Assembly: GCA_017405875.1 (NCBI GenBank)
Contig: JAFQZM010000020.1
Location: 9,422-73,421 of the forward strand
Origin: a bacterium
Lineage (GTDB): Bacteria > UBP6 > UBA1177
Length of the DNA: 64,000 nucleotides
Direction of reading: 5' to 3'
Position numbers and translations under genes: made by a program. This document shows, piece by piece, positions 1 to 8,246 of this stretch; position 1 is the first letter of the stretch, and every line of letters begins with the position of its first letter. Below the pieces are notes generated by a model. The model was given only the letters and a program-made list of their open reading frames with translations. It was not told the origin of the DNA and did no database searches.

Positions 1-771
1 AGTCAGCGCGCCCTGCTTAATATCGCCTTCGTAGACATCACCGTTCGCAAAAACGTATCTGCCTATGCCTTCAGGATTGTCGGCTTCGAAATCACCCGTG
101 TAAACATCGCCGTTTTTCTTTGTCAGCGTTCCTTTGCCTTCACGTTTTCCGTCGACAAAATCGCCTTCATAAACAGAGCCGTTGCGGTAAGTCATCTTTC
201 CCTTTCCGCTCCGTTTGTCATCGTTGAAATCTCCGTCGTATTCGGCGCCGCTCGGGAAAATCATCACGCCGTGACCGTGTCTGAAATTTTTCTTGAAATT
301 ACCGCGGTATTCCCTTTCATCCGGAAAACGGAAAATTCCCTCGCCTTCCATCATATCGTTGACAAAAGAACCTTCATACCTTGCCCCGCTCGGGAATGTA
401 AGAGTTCCCTGACCGTGGCGCAGACCGTCTTTGAATTCACCGATATACTTGGTTCCGTCCTTCAGCGTCAGTTCACCCTGACCGTTGTAGTGACCGTTCT
501 CGAAAAAACCTTTGTAACGGTCGCCGTTTGCATAGATATATTCGCCTTCGCCGTATTTTTTGTGATCCTTGAAGCCGCCTATGTAGCGGTCGCCGTTCGG
601 CAGATTGTGAATCCCGTTCTCCGTAATTCCGTTGTCGGCATCTTTATCTACGTCTTCAGCTTCCGACTTTACGGGCGCTTCTTTTTTGCGCGAAGTCTTC
701 TTGTCGGCACTTCCGCATGAACAGAGGACAAAACACAAAAAACAGCAGAAAATGCAAATCACTTTTTTCAT
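1..771 (-). CDS. MORN-repeat lipoprotein (C-terminus beyond window edge)
   Basis: Reverse-strand translation from the ATG at 771 gives MKKVICIFCCFLCFVLCSCGS... followed by ~10 tandem MORN-like units (YxGxFKDGKRHGxGT / YEGDFxNG). RBS AGAGGAAAT precedes the ATG. It is absent from the supplied ORF track because it runs off the window edge without a stop. Confidence 0.6.
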   Translation of the reverse strand, partial: MKKVICIFCCFLCFVLCSCGSADKKTSRKKEAPVKSEAEDVDKDADNGITENGIHNLPNGDRYIGGFKDHKKYGEGEYIYANGDRYKGFFENGHYNGQGELTLKDGTKYIGEFKDGLRHGQGTLTFPSGARYEGSFVNDMMEGEGIFRFPDEREYRGNFKKNFRHGHGVMIFPSGAEYDGDFNDDKRSGKGKMTYRNGSVYEGDFVDGKREGKGTLTKKNGDVYTGDFEADNPEGIGRYVFANGDVYEGDIKQGALT

Positions 772-781
772 ATTTCCTCTC

Positions 782-1840
782 CTACCAGATAAGAGAACAA
801 GCCTCGACACCGAGTATTTCACGTGCATCGCCGCCTAATTCCGGAATATTATACGGACTGAAAAGTTCAGCTGAACCTTTGCTGAAGCTCAACTTTCCGG
901 ATGAACCCGTTTCTATAACGGCATTATCTATTTTAAAAGAGCCGATTCCGAATGCGTGATAGCATGAAAAATTAAATTTCGAATCGATCTCGCCGACAAT
1001 CAGTCTTGCCTCGCTTTCATCACCGACACCTACAACGTGATCGCCTTCAACCGCGGCATCGGTTTTGATTCTAAGCAGAACGACCGGATTTCCCATGCTC
1101 TGAGAAGAGGGACTATACGGAACCTGATAAACTTCAACGACCTTTCCGTCACGCTGGTCAACAGTAGTTCTGACAAATGAAATTATCGTTCCGCCGGGAG
1201 TGATTGGCTGCGAAGAAATTTTACCTGAAGCAAAACTTTCGTACACAAGCTGACTTTCAGAGGTCGGGAATGTATTGTTCAGAATAAAAGAAAAACTGCC
1301 TGCAAACTCGGCATTTCCGTAAGGTGCAGGAATAGTAAACTCGTATTCGAAAGCGGCTGACACATTGCACAGCTCGTCCCATTCTGCACAGTTTTCAGCA
1401 GAACATTCGGCAGTTTTGTCTTCGGAGCATTTTTCATCGAAGCACTCTCTCCAACGCCTGTAATAAAGCTGATCTTCCTCACTTCCCTTCACATAACAAT
1501 TGTTGACACAATCGGAATCACCATCGACACAACCTGTTGTGCAGGCAATAATTCCTTCACATGTCGACCAGAAATCCTGCACAGGCGAAGAATCGTCGTC
1601 TACATTCGAACCGTCGTTGTCTTCGTCATCAACAGTTTCGCTGCCATCGTCAGGCTGTTCAGCCGTATCAGTATCTGCCGAAGTATCCGAAGAATCTTTG
1701 TCGGGAACAGTATCCGCGCTGTCATCATCTCTACCCGAATCACCGGTATCACCGTATTTGTCATAATCGTTCCCGCCGTCGCCGCATCCGACAAAAAACA
1801 AAAGAACGGCAAACAGAATAAACAAGGAATTTTTTTTCAT
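782..1840 (-). CDS. hypothetical acidic Cys-rich lipoprotein
   Basis: Signal peptide plus lipobox (LLFFVGCGDG), a D/S-rich low-complexity segment, then a Cys-rich module (CEGIIACTTGCVDGDSDCVNNCY...). RBS GGAGGAACC. Confidence 0.55.
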   Translation of the reverse strand: MKKNSLFILFAVLLFFVGCGDGGNDYDKYGDTGDSGRDDDSADTVPDKDSSDTSADTDTAEQPDDGSETVDDEDNDGSNVDDDSSPVQDFWSTCEGIIACTTGCVDGDSDCVNNCYVKGSEEDQLYYRRWRECFDEKCSEDKTAECSAENCAEWDELCNVSAAFEYEFTIPAPYGNAEFAGSFSFILNNTFPTSESQLVYESFASGKISSQPITPGGTIISFVRTTVDQRDGKVVEVYQVPYSPSSQSMGNPVVLLRIKTDAAVEGDHVVGVGDESEARLIVGEIDSKFNFSCYHAFGIGSFKIDNAVIETGSSGKLSFSKGSAELFSPYNIPELGGDAREILGVEACSLIW

Positions 1841-1848
1841 GGTTCCTC

Positions 1849-2058
1849 CTAAATATCGTAATAATCTTCGTTCTGGGGATAGTAATTCTGCTCCAAAACG
1901 ATTTTTTCTATATCTTCTACCTTTCTTTCACCCTCGGCTGCTATGATTTCACGCACCTGAGCCTGAGTGGAAGCGATAACGGGTTTAACGTATCCGTCTT
2001 TGAAATGGACGAGAAAAAGCATTTGCTTCAAATCGTCGCCGACTTTGCTGATAGACAT
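1849..2058 (-). CDS. small hypothetical protein (69 aa)
   Basis: RBS GGAGG 6 nt upstream of the ATG. The gene is tightly packed with the downstream lipoprotein gene. Confidence 0.4.
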   Translation of the reverse strand: MSISKVGDDLKQMLFLVHFKDGYVKPVIASTQAQVREIIAAEGERKVEDIEKIVLEQNYYPQNEDYYDI

Positions 2059-2138
2059 TCCGACCTCCTAAAAAAGACGAAAGATTTTAGTAACTACCGT
2101 TTTTCTGTCAAGGAATCGGAATAAGAGAGAAGTTCTTT

Positions 2139-3380
2139 CTAATCCCTTCTGAAAAGATCTCTTGTGTAGACTTTCGCTTCAACGTCGTCCAGAACCTTGT
2201 CGTAGCGGTTTGCGATGATAGCGTCACAGCTCTTTTTGAAGCGCTCGATATCGTTGACGACAAGAGAACCGAAAAATGTGGTTCCGTCAGCAAGCGTCGG
2301 CTCGTAAATTATAACCGTCGCACCTTTCGCCTTGATGCGTTTCATAACACCCTGAATCGAACTCTGGCGGAAATTGTCGCTGTTCGCCTTCATCGTGAGC
2401 CTGAAAACTCCTATCGTAATCGGACGCTCCTTTGAAGCGTTCCACATCGAAGAACCCGTGTAATATCCCGCCTTCGCAAGCACTCTGTCTGCGATAAAAT
2501 CCTTTCTCGTGCGGTTGCTGTCAACTATCGCCTGAATCAGGTTTTCAGGAACATCGGCAAAGTTAGCCAAAAGCTGTTTCGTATCTTTCGGAAGGCAGTA
2601 GCCGCCGTATCCGAACGAAGGATTGTTGTACTCATCGCCTATTCTCGGATCGAGACAAACCCCCTTGATGATATTCGCCGTGTCGAGCCCTTTCATCTCG
2701 GCATAAGTGTCAAGCTCGTTGAAGTAGCTGACACGCAGCGCAAGGTATGTATTTGCAAAAAGTTTGACAGCCTCGGCCTCGGTAAAATCCATGAAAAGCG
2801 TCGGAACATCTTTCTTTTCCGCTGCTTCCTGAAGAAGACGGGCAAAAGTTTCCGCTGCCATGCGCGTTTTTTCATCGCATCCGACGATTATCCTGCTCGG
2901 ATAGAGGTTGTCGTAGAGCGCCTTGGATTCGCGCAGAAATTCAGGGCTGAAAAGAATATTTTCGCAACCCGTTTTTTCACGGACATGCCGCGTAAAACCT
3001 ACCGGGATCGTCGATTTTATAACCATAAAAGCCGCAGGATTGACACTTCTGACAAGGTCAATGACCGCTTCGACCGCACTCGTATCGAAAAAGTTTTTCT
3101 GCGGATCGTAGTTCGTCGGCGCTGCAATGATTACGATATCGGCATCGGCATAAGCCGCCGCACCGTCAGTCGTCGCTTTGAGTTTCAAATTTTTCTCAGC
3201 CAAGTATTTTTCAATGTATTCATCCTGAATCGGTGACTTTTTCGCATTGATAAGCTCCACCTTCTCAGGAACGATATCGACCGCCGTTACATCATGATGC
3301 TGGGAAAGCAGCACCGCCAGCGACAAACCTACATAACCAGTGCCGGCAACCGCGATTTTTAGATTTTCAAAATTTCGCAT
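2139..3380 (-). CDS. nucleotide-sugar dehydrogenase, UDP-glucose/GDP-mannose dehydrogenase family (Ugd-like)
   Basis: N-terminal NAD-binding motif [11 protein letters not shown] and catalytic-Cys motif [10 protein letters not shown]. The start was chosen at MRNFEN, preceded by GGAGGA (the track ORF extends further upstream). Confidence 0.8.
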   Translation of the reverse strand: MRNFENLKIAVAGTGYVGLSLAVLLSQHHDVTAVDIVPEKVELINAKKSPIQDEYIEKYLAEKNLKLKATTDGAAAYADADIVIIAAPTNYDPQKNFFDTSAVEAVIDLVRSVNPAAFMVIKSTIPVGFTRHVREKTGCENILFSPEFLRESKALYDNLYPSRIIVGCDEKTRMAAETFARLLQEAAEKKDVPTLFMDFTEAEAVKLFANTYLALRVSYFNELDTYAEMKGLDTANIIKGVCLDPRIGDEYNNPSFGYGGYCLPKDTKQLLANFADVPENLIQAIVDSNRTRKDFIADRVLAKAGYYTGSSMWNASKERPITIGVFRLTMKANSDNFRQSSIQGVMKRIKAKGATVIIYEPTLADGTTFFGSLVVNDIERFKKSCDAIIANRYDKVLDDVEAKVYTRDLFRRD

Positions 3381-3477
3381 TGCATCCTCCGTTAAAACCG
3401 CGCTATAATACTTAATTTTTTGAAAATTACGACAAAAATGCGGCGGCAAAACCATCGATTTTCAGGATTGGGAAGTT

Positions 3478-3505
3478 GTCTGTCCGGAAATGGTTGACCG
3501 TTATA
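3478..3505. repeat. 27-bp imperfect direct repeat, left copy (CTGtCCGGAAATGgTTGACCGTtATA)
   Basis: Matches 7076-7103 at 24 of 27 positions in the same orientation. Confidence 0.7.
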
Positions 3506-3573
3506 CTTCATTTTTATTTCGATGTCTCGATCAAAAACGGTGCCAGATAAAACGGCAGGAATCTGAGTTCTCC

Positions 3574-4857
3574 TTACCTGCCGGAATCCTTTTGGGAAAA
3601 AACAACCGATTCTTTCAGATTTTTGGAATATTTTTTCCCGAATTCCGTGATGGATTCATGCTTTCCTGTTCCTGAAGACTTGACTTCTATCGCGTTTACT
3701 TTTGCCCCTTCTGAAATCAGGAAATCGATCTCATAATAATGAGTACTCTGAGGTTTTGACCAAGTGTGATAAAACAGTTCGCGTCCGCTTGCCTCTATCA
3801 TCTGAGCCACCATATTTTCGTAAAGATATCCAAGGTTTGCAGGCAGTTTATCAGAAAGCAGCTTTTCGTAGATATCGTTTTCGGTGCTCGGTCTGTCAAT
3901 AAACATCAGCGTGACAAAAAGCCCTGTGTCGGCCAGATAAAGCTTAAAGTTGTCAAAATTTTTAGCGGAAGAAAGGCTTACTCTCGGATCCGTCGTATCA
4001 TAAGCCGGGATCACCGTTTTGGAATCGATCAAGTCATAAATGCGCTCCTCGTCTTTTGTTGCCTTGCGGTTGCCAGTCGCAAAAGAGACTGAATATTTTT
4101 TCACACCTCTCGCAAGCTGTGACGGGATCGATCTGTATATTGCCGAAAGTCTTCCGGAGTTGTCCAGCTTTTTAAAGTCATCTTCATAAAGTTTTATAAT
4201 ATTGCGCTTCACGGCGTCTATCTCCGAGAAATTTTTGCCTGAAATATAAGCATCCACAGCCTGCGGCATCCCGCCGACAGCCATATAAATACGCAGATCG
4301 CGCATGAGTTTTCTGTTTACAGCCTGTCCCAGTGCTTTTCCCGAGTCATAGACCTGACGCAAAAGTTCATAATTCACATTCTGTGCCGCCCAGGAAAATT
4401 CCTCAAAATCCATCGGTGTCACCTGAATCTTCATTTCTTCAGAAGGAATAAGAATATCCGACACATTTTTCTTGATCGATATCAGAGATCCCGTTTCAAG
4501 ATAATGGTATCTTCCGTCCTGCACCAGATATTTTATCGCCTGCCTCGCTTTTGGAAAAAGTTGCACTTCGTCAAATATCACAAGCGACTTGTGTTTGATC
4601 AGATCAACACCGGTCGTGCTCTGAAGACGCAGAAAGAAGAGATCCGGATCGCTTATATCATTGAAACATGCCAGCAAATTATCAGATGCTTTCGCAAAAT
4701 CTATCAAAACATAGCTTTTATACTCCTTTTTGGCGAATTGTTCCGCAATAGTCGACTTGCCGACACGCCTCGGACCTTCAAGAAGCACCGCATATCTGTC
4801 GGCATAATTTTTTTTCCAATCAAGCAGCTTTTCATAAGTTTTTCTTTTAAAATACAT
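3574..4857 (-). CDS. AAA+ ATPase of the DUF4143/COG1373 family with a PD-(D/E)xK-like C-terminal domain
   Basis: Walker A GPRRVGKST and Walker B LVIFDEVQ. The C-terminal segment YYEIDFLI...AIEVKSS resembles the E-x-D...E-x-K nuclease-fold signature. The start was set at ATG (MYFKRK) with GGAGG 5 nt upstream; the track start is a GTG 4 codons earlier. Confidence 0.75.
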   Translation of the reverse strand: MYFKRKTYEKLLDWKKNYADRYAVLLEGPRRVGKSTIAEQFAKKEYKSYVLIDFAKASDNLLACFNDISDPDLFFLRLQSTTGVDLIKHKSLVIFDEVQLFPKARQAIKYLVQDGRYHYLETGSLISIKKNVSDILIPSEEMKIQVTPMDFEEFSWAAQNVNYELLRQVYDSGKALGQAVNRKLMRDLRIYMAVGGMPQAVDAYISGKNFSEIDAVKRNIIKLYEDDFKKLDNSGRLSAIYRSIPSQLARGVKKYSVSFATGNRKATKDEERIYDLIDSKTVIPAYDTTDPRVSLSSAKNFDNFKLYLADTGLFVTLMFIDRPSTENDIYEKLLSDKLPANLGYLYENMVAQMIEASGRELFYHTWSKPQSTHYYEIDFLISEGAKVNAIEVKSSGTGKHESITEFGKKYSKNLKESVVFSQKDSGR

Positions 4858-4899
4858 CAGTTCCTCCACTCAAAAAGCGGCTCAGCATAGCACATCTTT

Positions 4900-4986
4900 G
4901 CATTTCTTCAAAACTTTTTTCATCGAAAAACCGCATTCCTTCAAAACTTTTTCAGTCAAAAGCCTGCATTCCTTCAAAACTTTTGG
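4900..4986. repeat. three 21-bp direct repeats GCATTyCTTCAAAACTTTT with 33-bp phasing
   Basis: Copies lie at 4900-4920, 4933-4953 and 4966-4986, which is 45-130 bp upstream of the ATPase start. They look like an operator or iteron array. Confidence 0.6.
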
Positions 4987-5090
4987 GTTCGCTGGAGGAT
5001 TTTTTTGTCCAAAACTGCGTCAGGTCTCCCCCGTAGAGATGTGCCGTGGTGCGTCTCCCGAGTTGGCTCTCGCAGAGAGACTGAGAGGTC

Positions 5091-5149
5091 CAGGCATGCG
5101 CCATTTTGTCGTAAGCCGCTTTGTCTTCAAGAAGTTCTTTGAAATTGAA
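5091..5149 (-). pseudogene. 3'-terminal fragment of a second wecB (UDP-GlcNAc 2-epimerase) gene
   Basis: It is about 87% identical at the nucleotide level to 7192-7251 of the intact wecB. Its translation NFKELLEDKAAYDKMAHA matches wecB NFKELLENQAAYDKMAHA. Homology stops abruptly on both sides. Confidence 0.55.
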
Positions 5150-5232
5150 AATAGTAATTTTGAGAGATTTTTACTGGTTTTTCTGTAACTCGCTCTTGTT
5201 TTCTTTGTCAGTCTAAGTATAATTCCCCGTTT

Positions 5233-5264
5233 TTGATGTTTCTCTATGTAAAACATGATAAAAA
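5233..5264 (+). promoter_or_regulatory. putative sigma70-type promoter of darTG (TTGATG, 17-nt spacer, TGaTAAAAT)
   Basis: A -35-like hexamer at 5233-5238 and an extended -10 at 5256-5264 lie about 45 nt upstream of the darT ATG. Confidence 0.35.
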
Positions 5265-5311
5265 TCGCTGCTTTATGGAATTTTTCAATTAAAAATTTTG
5301 GAGAATAAAAA

Positions 5312-5914
5312 ATGCCTATAAGGATTCAAGATGGCAAATTGTTATACCATGTAACTGCTGTTGAAAATTTGGAAAACATTTTCAAACATGGACTTCTTTC
5401 AAGAACAGATGCTATCTCGAAAAAATTATTAAAAGTTAATATTGCTGATCACGAAATCATCGAAAAAAGGAAGGAACTTGGAATCCTGCAATATGTCCCA
5501 TTCCATTTTTATGAAAAAACACCATTTACATGGACTATTTTTAACAACAATCCCGAAAAATCATTTTGCTGCATAACAATCCTCAGAGATTTCGCCAAGC
5601 AGCAAAATTTTAAAATTTGTACCGCCCATCCTTTGTCACAAAATCCCATTGCAGAAGTGTTGGATTATGAAGATGGCTTCCGTAAAATTAATTGGGAAAA
5701 TGCCGAAAAAAGAGATTATGATGATTCAGTAAGCAAAAATGCGTGTATGGCTGAATGTCTCGCTGTTTCGCCTGTAAAACCGGAAGATTTTTTTACAATT
5801 TATATAGCAGACAACAACACAAAGGATTATGTTGAATTTTTGGCGACAAATATATTGGGAAATTATAAATTCTATATCGATGTAAATCCGTCTATAAGCA
5901 AAGCAAGAATATGA
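5312..5914 (+). CDS. darT: DarT, DUF4433 DNA ADP-ribosyltransferase toxin
   Basis: N-terminal LYHVTAVENLENIFKHGLLS, VNIADHEIIEKRK and YVPFHFYEKTPF match DarT signature blocks. An AEcLAV motif carries the putative catalytic Glu. RBS GGAGAA precedes the ATG, and the stop overlaps the darG start (ATGA). Confidence 0.85.
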   Translation: MPIRIQDGKLLYHVTAVENLENIFKHGLLSRTDAISKKLLKVNIADHEIIEKRKELGILQYVPFHFYEKTPFTWTIFNNNPEKSFCCITILRDFAKQQNFKICTAHPLSQNPIAEVLDYEDGFRKINWENAEKRDYDDSVSKNACMAECLAVSPVKPEDFFTIYIADNNTKDYVEFLATNILGNYKFYIDVNPSISKARI

Positions 5915-6963
5915 TAAGATCTGAAACCGGCAACATATTAGATTCTTCCGCGCAGTGTCTTGTGAACACTGTAAACTGCGAAGGATTCATGGGAAAGGGA
6001 ATCGCATATCAATTCAAAGAAAGGTTCCCTGAAAACAACAAAGAATATGTGAAAGCTTGCAAAAACGGGAATCTAACTATCGGAAAGATCTTATTTTTTG
6101 AAGAAGATGGCAAAATCATTGCGAATTTCCCGACTAAAAACAAATGGCGTGAAAAATCACAATATTCTTACATTGACTCTGGCTTGGAAGCCTTGGAAAA
6201 AGGAATAACTGAAAGAAACATCCTATCGCTGGCGATTCCACCGTTAGGATGCGGCAATGGTGGATTGGACTGGAACATCGTAAAACAAAAAATCCTCGAC
6301 AGATTTAAAAATTCAAATGTCGATATAATAATCTATGAACCATCCAAGGTTTTTACCCCCAAACCGATTGTCCACAAAATGTCGGCATCTCATTTGATCT
6401 TGATGATGTTAAAAATCGGTCTTCACCCTATTGGCAAACTTCGATTGCAGAAAGCGGCCTATTTCTTGAACATATTCAGCGGCGACGATTACTTTAAGTT
6501 TGAAGAATACAAATTCGGTCCTTATGATCACGACATTGAGATTTTATCTCAACACATCAAAGATTTTCAAGAAATCTACGGCGTTGACACAGCCGCTGCT
6601 CAGAAAATTCTCTACAACAACATTGTGAGTGACAGCGTAAAAGAAACCGTTGAAAAGTTTACCCCCGCGATACACAAGGCAACTAATTTCGTAAACTCCA
6701 TCGAATCCAATCACGAGCTCGAGATAGCGGCAACAATAGTCTACATCATTAAAGACAATCCTCAATTTAAAGAAGATGAAATCGTTAATTACTTCCTCAA
6801 TGACTGGCCAAAGGAAGATCCGACGAAATTTTCCAAAGAAGAAATAAAGATCTCATTAACCAGACTGATAAAATCGAATATAATTATTCAAAATTTGTTC
6901 GGATACTTTGTTTCTGACGAGATACAAAACAAACCTGATTTATTGCCGACATATCAATTGTAG
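5911..6963 (+). CDS. darG: DarG antitoxin: N-terminal macrodomain plus a C-terminal Panacea/DUF4065-like domain
   Basis: Residues 1-150 closely resemble the DarG macrodomain (GNILDSSAQCLVNTVNCEGFMGKGIAYQFKERFPEN ... IPPLGCGNGGLDW). The C-terminal half carries KLRLQKAAYFLNIF...FEEYKFGPYDHDIE, which resembles DUF4065. It is translationally coupled to darT. Confidence 0.8.
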   Translation: MIRSETGNILDSSAQCLVNTVNCEGFMGKGIAYQFKERFPENNKEYVKACKNGNLTIGKILFFEEDGKIIANFPTKNKWREKSQYSYIDSGLEALEKGITERNILSLAIPPLGCGNGGLDWNIVKQKILDRFKNSNVDIIIYEPSKVFTPKPIVHKMSASHLILMMLKIGLHPIGKLRLQKAAYFLNIFSGDDYFKFEEYKFGPYDHDIEILSQHIKDFQEIYGVDTAAAQKILYNNIVSDSVKETVEKFTPAIHKATNFVNSIESNHELEIAATIVYIIKDNPQFKEDEIVNYFLNDWPKEDPTKFSKEEIKISLTRLIKSNIIIQNLFGYFVSDEIQNKPDLLPTYQL

Positions 6964-7075
6964 TTTACCATCTGTCCAGTTTTCCTTTTTCCACCGCACA
7001 AAACCCTCATTTCAAGATTCATTTTGAAAAATTTTCCGTTTATTTTTCAGAGGTCAAAAAGGTGAAGGCGTTTTA

Positions 7076-7103
7076 ACTGCCCGGAAATGATTGACCGTCA
7101 TAG
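7076..7103. repeat. 27-bp imperfect direct repeat, right copy (CTGcCCGGAAATGaTTGACCGTcATA)
   Basis: Partner of the 3478-3505 copy. It ends 17 nt downstream of the wecB stop codon. Confidence 0.7.
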
Positions 7104-7120
7104 CCAGGAGAGGTCAGATT

Positions 7121-8236
7121 TTACCCCATCCACGGTTCGTATGTTCCAAGTTCTAAAATATCGGCGATACGCTTGCAGGCGTGTCCGTCGCCGTATGGAT
7201 TGCAGGCATGCGCCATTTTGTCATATGCTGCCTGGTTTTCAAGAAGTTCCTTGAAGTTTCTGTAGATTACTTCTTCTTTAGTGCCGACAAGCCTCAGTGT
7301 TCCGGCATCGACTCCTTCAGGACGTTCGGTCGTATCGCGCATTACAAGAACGGGTCTGCCGTATGACGGGCACTCTTCCTGGATGCCGCCTGAATCGGTG
7401 AGACAGAGATGGCATCTTGCTTCGAAATTGTGGCAGTCAAACACTTCTATCGGCTCGATGATTCGGATCTGCGAGCAGTCACCGAGTTCTTCATCAGCCG
7501 CCTGACGGACTACCGGGTTCATGTGTATCGGATAGACTGCTTTGCATTCGGGATGTTCGTCAAGAACGCGCCTTATCGCGCGAAACATGTGATGCATCGG
7601 CTCTCCAAGGTTTTCACGCCTGTGTGCCGTGATGAATATCAGCTTTTTGTCGCCCACCCAGTCAAGAACGGGATGAGTGTAATCTTTTTTCACGGTGTGC
7701 TGCATTGCGTCGATCACGGTGTTTCCCGTAATATAGACTGTTGACGGATCCTTCCCTTCTTTGATGAGGTGTTCTGCCGCAAGCTGCGTCGGGGCAAAGT
7801 TGTATCTGCTGATGATGCCGACCGCCTGACGGTTGAACTCTTCGGGATAAGGGCTGTAGATGTTGTAGGTCCTGAGTCCCGCCTCGACGTGTCCCACCGG
7901 GATCTGCAGATAGAAACAGGCGAGTGCCGTGACGAAAGTGGTCGATGTGTCGCCGTGGACAAGAACGACATCAGGTTTAACTTCTTCAAGAACACCTTTT
8001 ATCCCGTTCAAAATATTGGTGGTGATATCGAAGAGAGTCTGTTTATCCTTCATTATCGAAAGGTCGTAGTCGGGAACTACACCGAAAGTCTCAAGGACCT
8101 GATCGAGCATCTGTCTGTGCTGTCCCGTGACGCAGACGATCGTTTGGATCCCTTTCCTCGTTTTCAACTCGTTGACGAGCGGACAAATCTTTATAGCTTC
8201 GGGCCTTGTGCCGAAAACAAGCATCACTTTTTTCAT
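7121..8236 (-). CDS. wecB: UDP-N-acetylglucosamine 2-epimerase (non-hydrolysing)
   Basis: Typical length, an MLVFGTRPEAIKICPLV N-terminus and conserved HVEAGLRT and DSGGIQEE blocks. The start was set at MKKVM with AGGAG upstream; the track ORF overlaps the wecC stop. Confidence 0.85.
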   Translation of the reverse strand: MKKVMLVFGTRPEAIKICPLVNELKTRKGIQTIVCVTGQHRQMLDQVLETFGVVPDYDLSIMKDKQTLFDITTNILNGIKGVLEEVKPDVVLVHGDTSTTFVTALACFYLQIPVGHVEAGLRTYNIYSPYPEEFNRQAVGIISRYNFAPTQLAAEHLIKEGKDPSTVYITGNTVIDAMQHTVKKDYTHPVLDWVGDKKLIFITAHRRENLGEPMHHMFRAIRRVLDEHPECKAVYPIHMNPVVRQAADEELGDCSQIRIIEPIEVFDCHNFEARCHLCLTDSGGIQEECPSYGRPVLVMRDTTERPEGVDAGTLRLVGTKEEVIYRNFKELLENQAAYDKMAHACNPYGDGHACKRIADILELGTYEPWMG

Positions 8237-8246
8237 AAGTAGGCTC

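Larger units (their letters stand above)
3478..7103. mobile_element. putative ~3.6-kb inserted island bounded by 27-bp direct repeats, carrying an AAA ATPase, a wecB fragment and DarTG
   Basis: The flanking direct repeats interrupt the common ugd / wecB / wecC adjacency. The interior is AT-rich, carries a toxin-antitoxin pair and a gene fragment, and has no recombinase gene. Confidence 0.4.

Noticed and set aside
271-838. plus-strand ORFs 271..720, 632..838 and 717..959
   Set aside because: These are shadow frames of the minus-strand MORN-repeat lipoprotein and the adjacent lipoprotein gene.
3490-3675. 61-aa ORF starting inside the left 27-bp direct repeat, plus an unlisted 56-aa counterpart at 7088
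   Set aside because: Their similarity is limited to the repeat itself (M[VI]DR[YH]), and the rest is unrelated. Both overlap real genes antisense. These are repeat artefacts, not a gene family.
5020-5256. 78-aa minus-strand ORF
   Set aside because: It lies in a different frame from the wecB-homologous fragment, is basic and low-complexity, and has no RBS. The region is better explained as a gene remnant plus the darT promoter.
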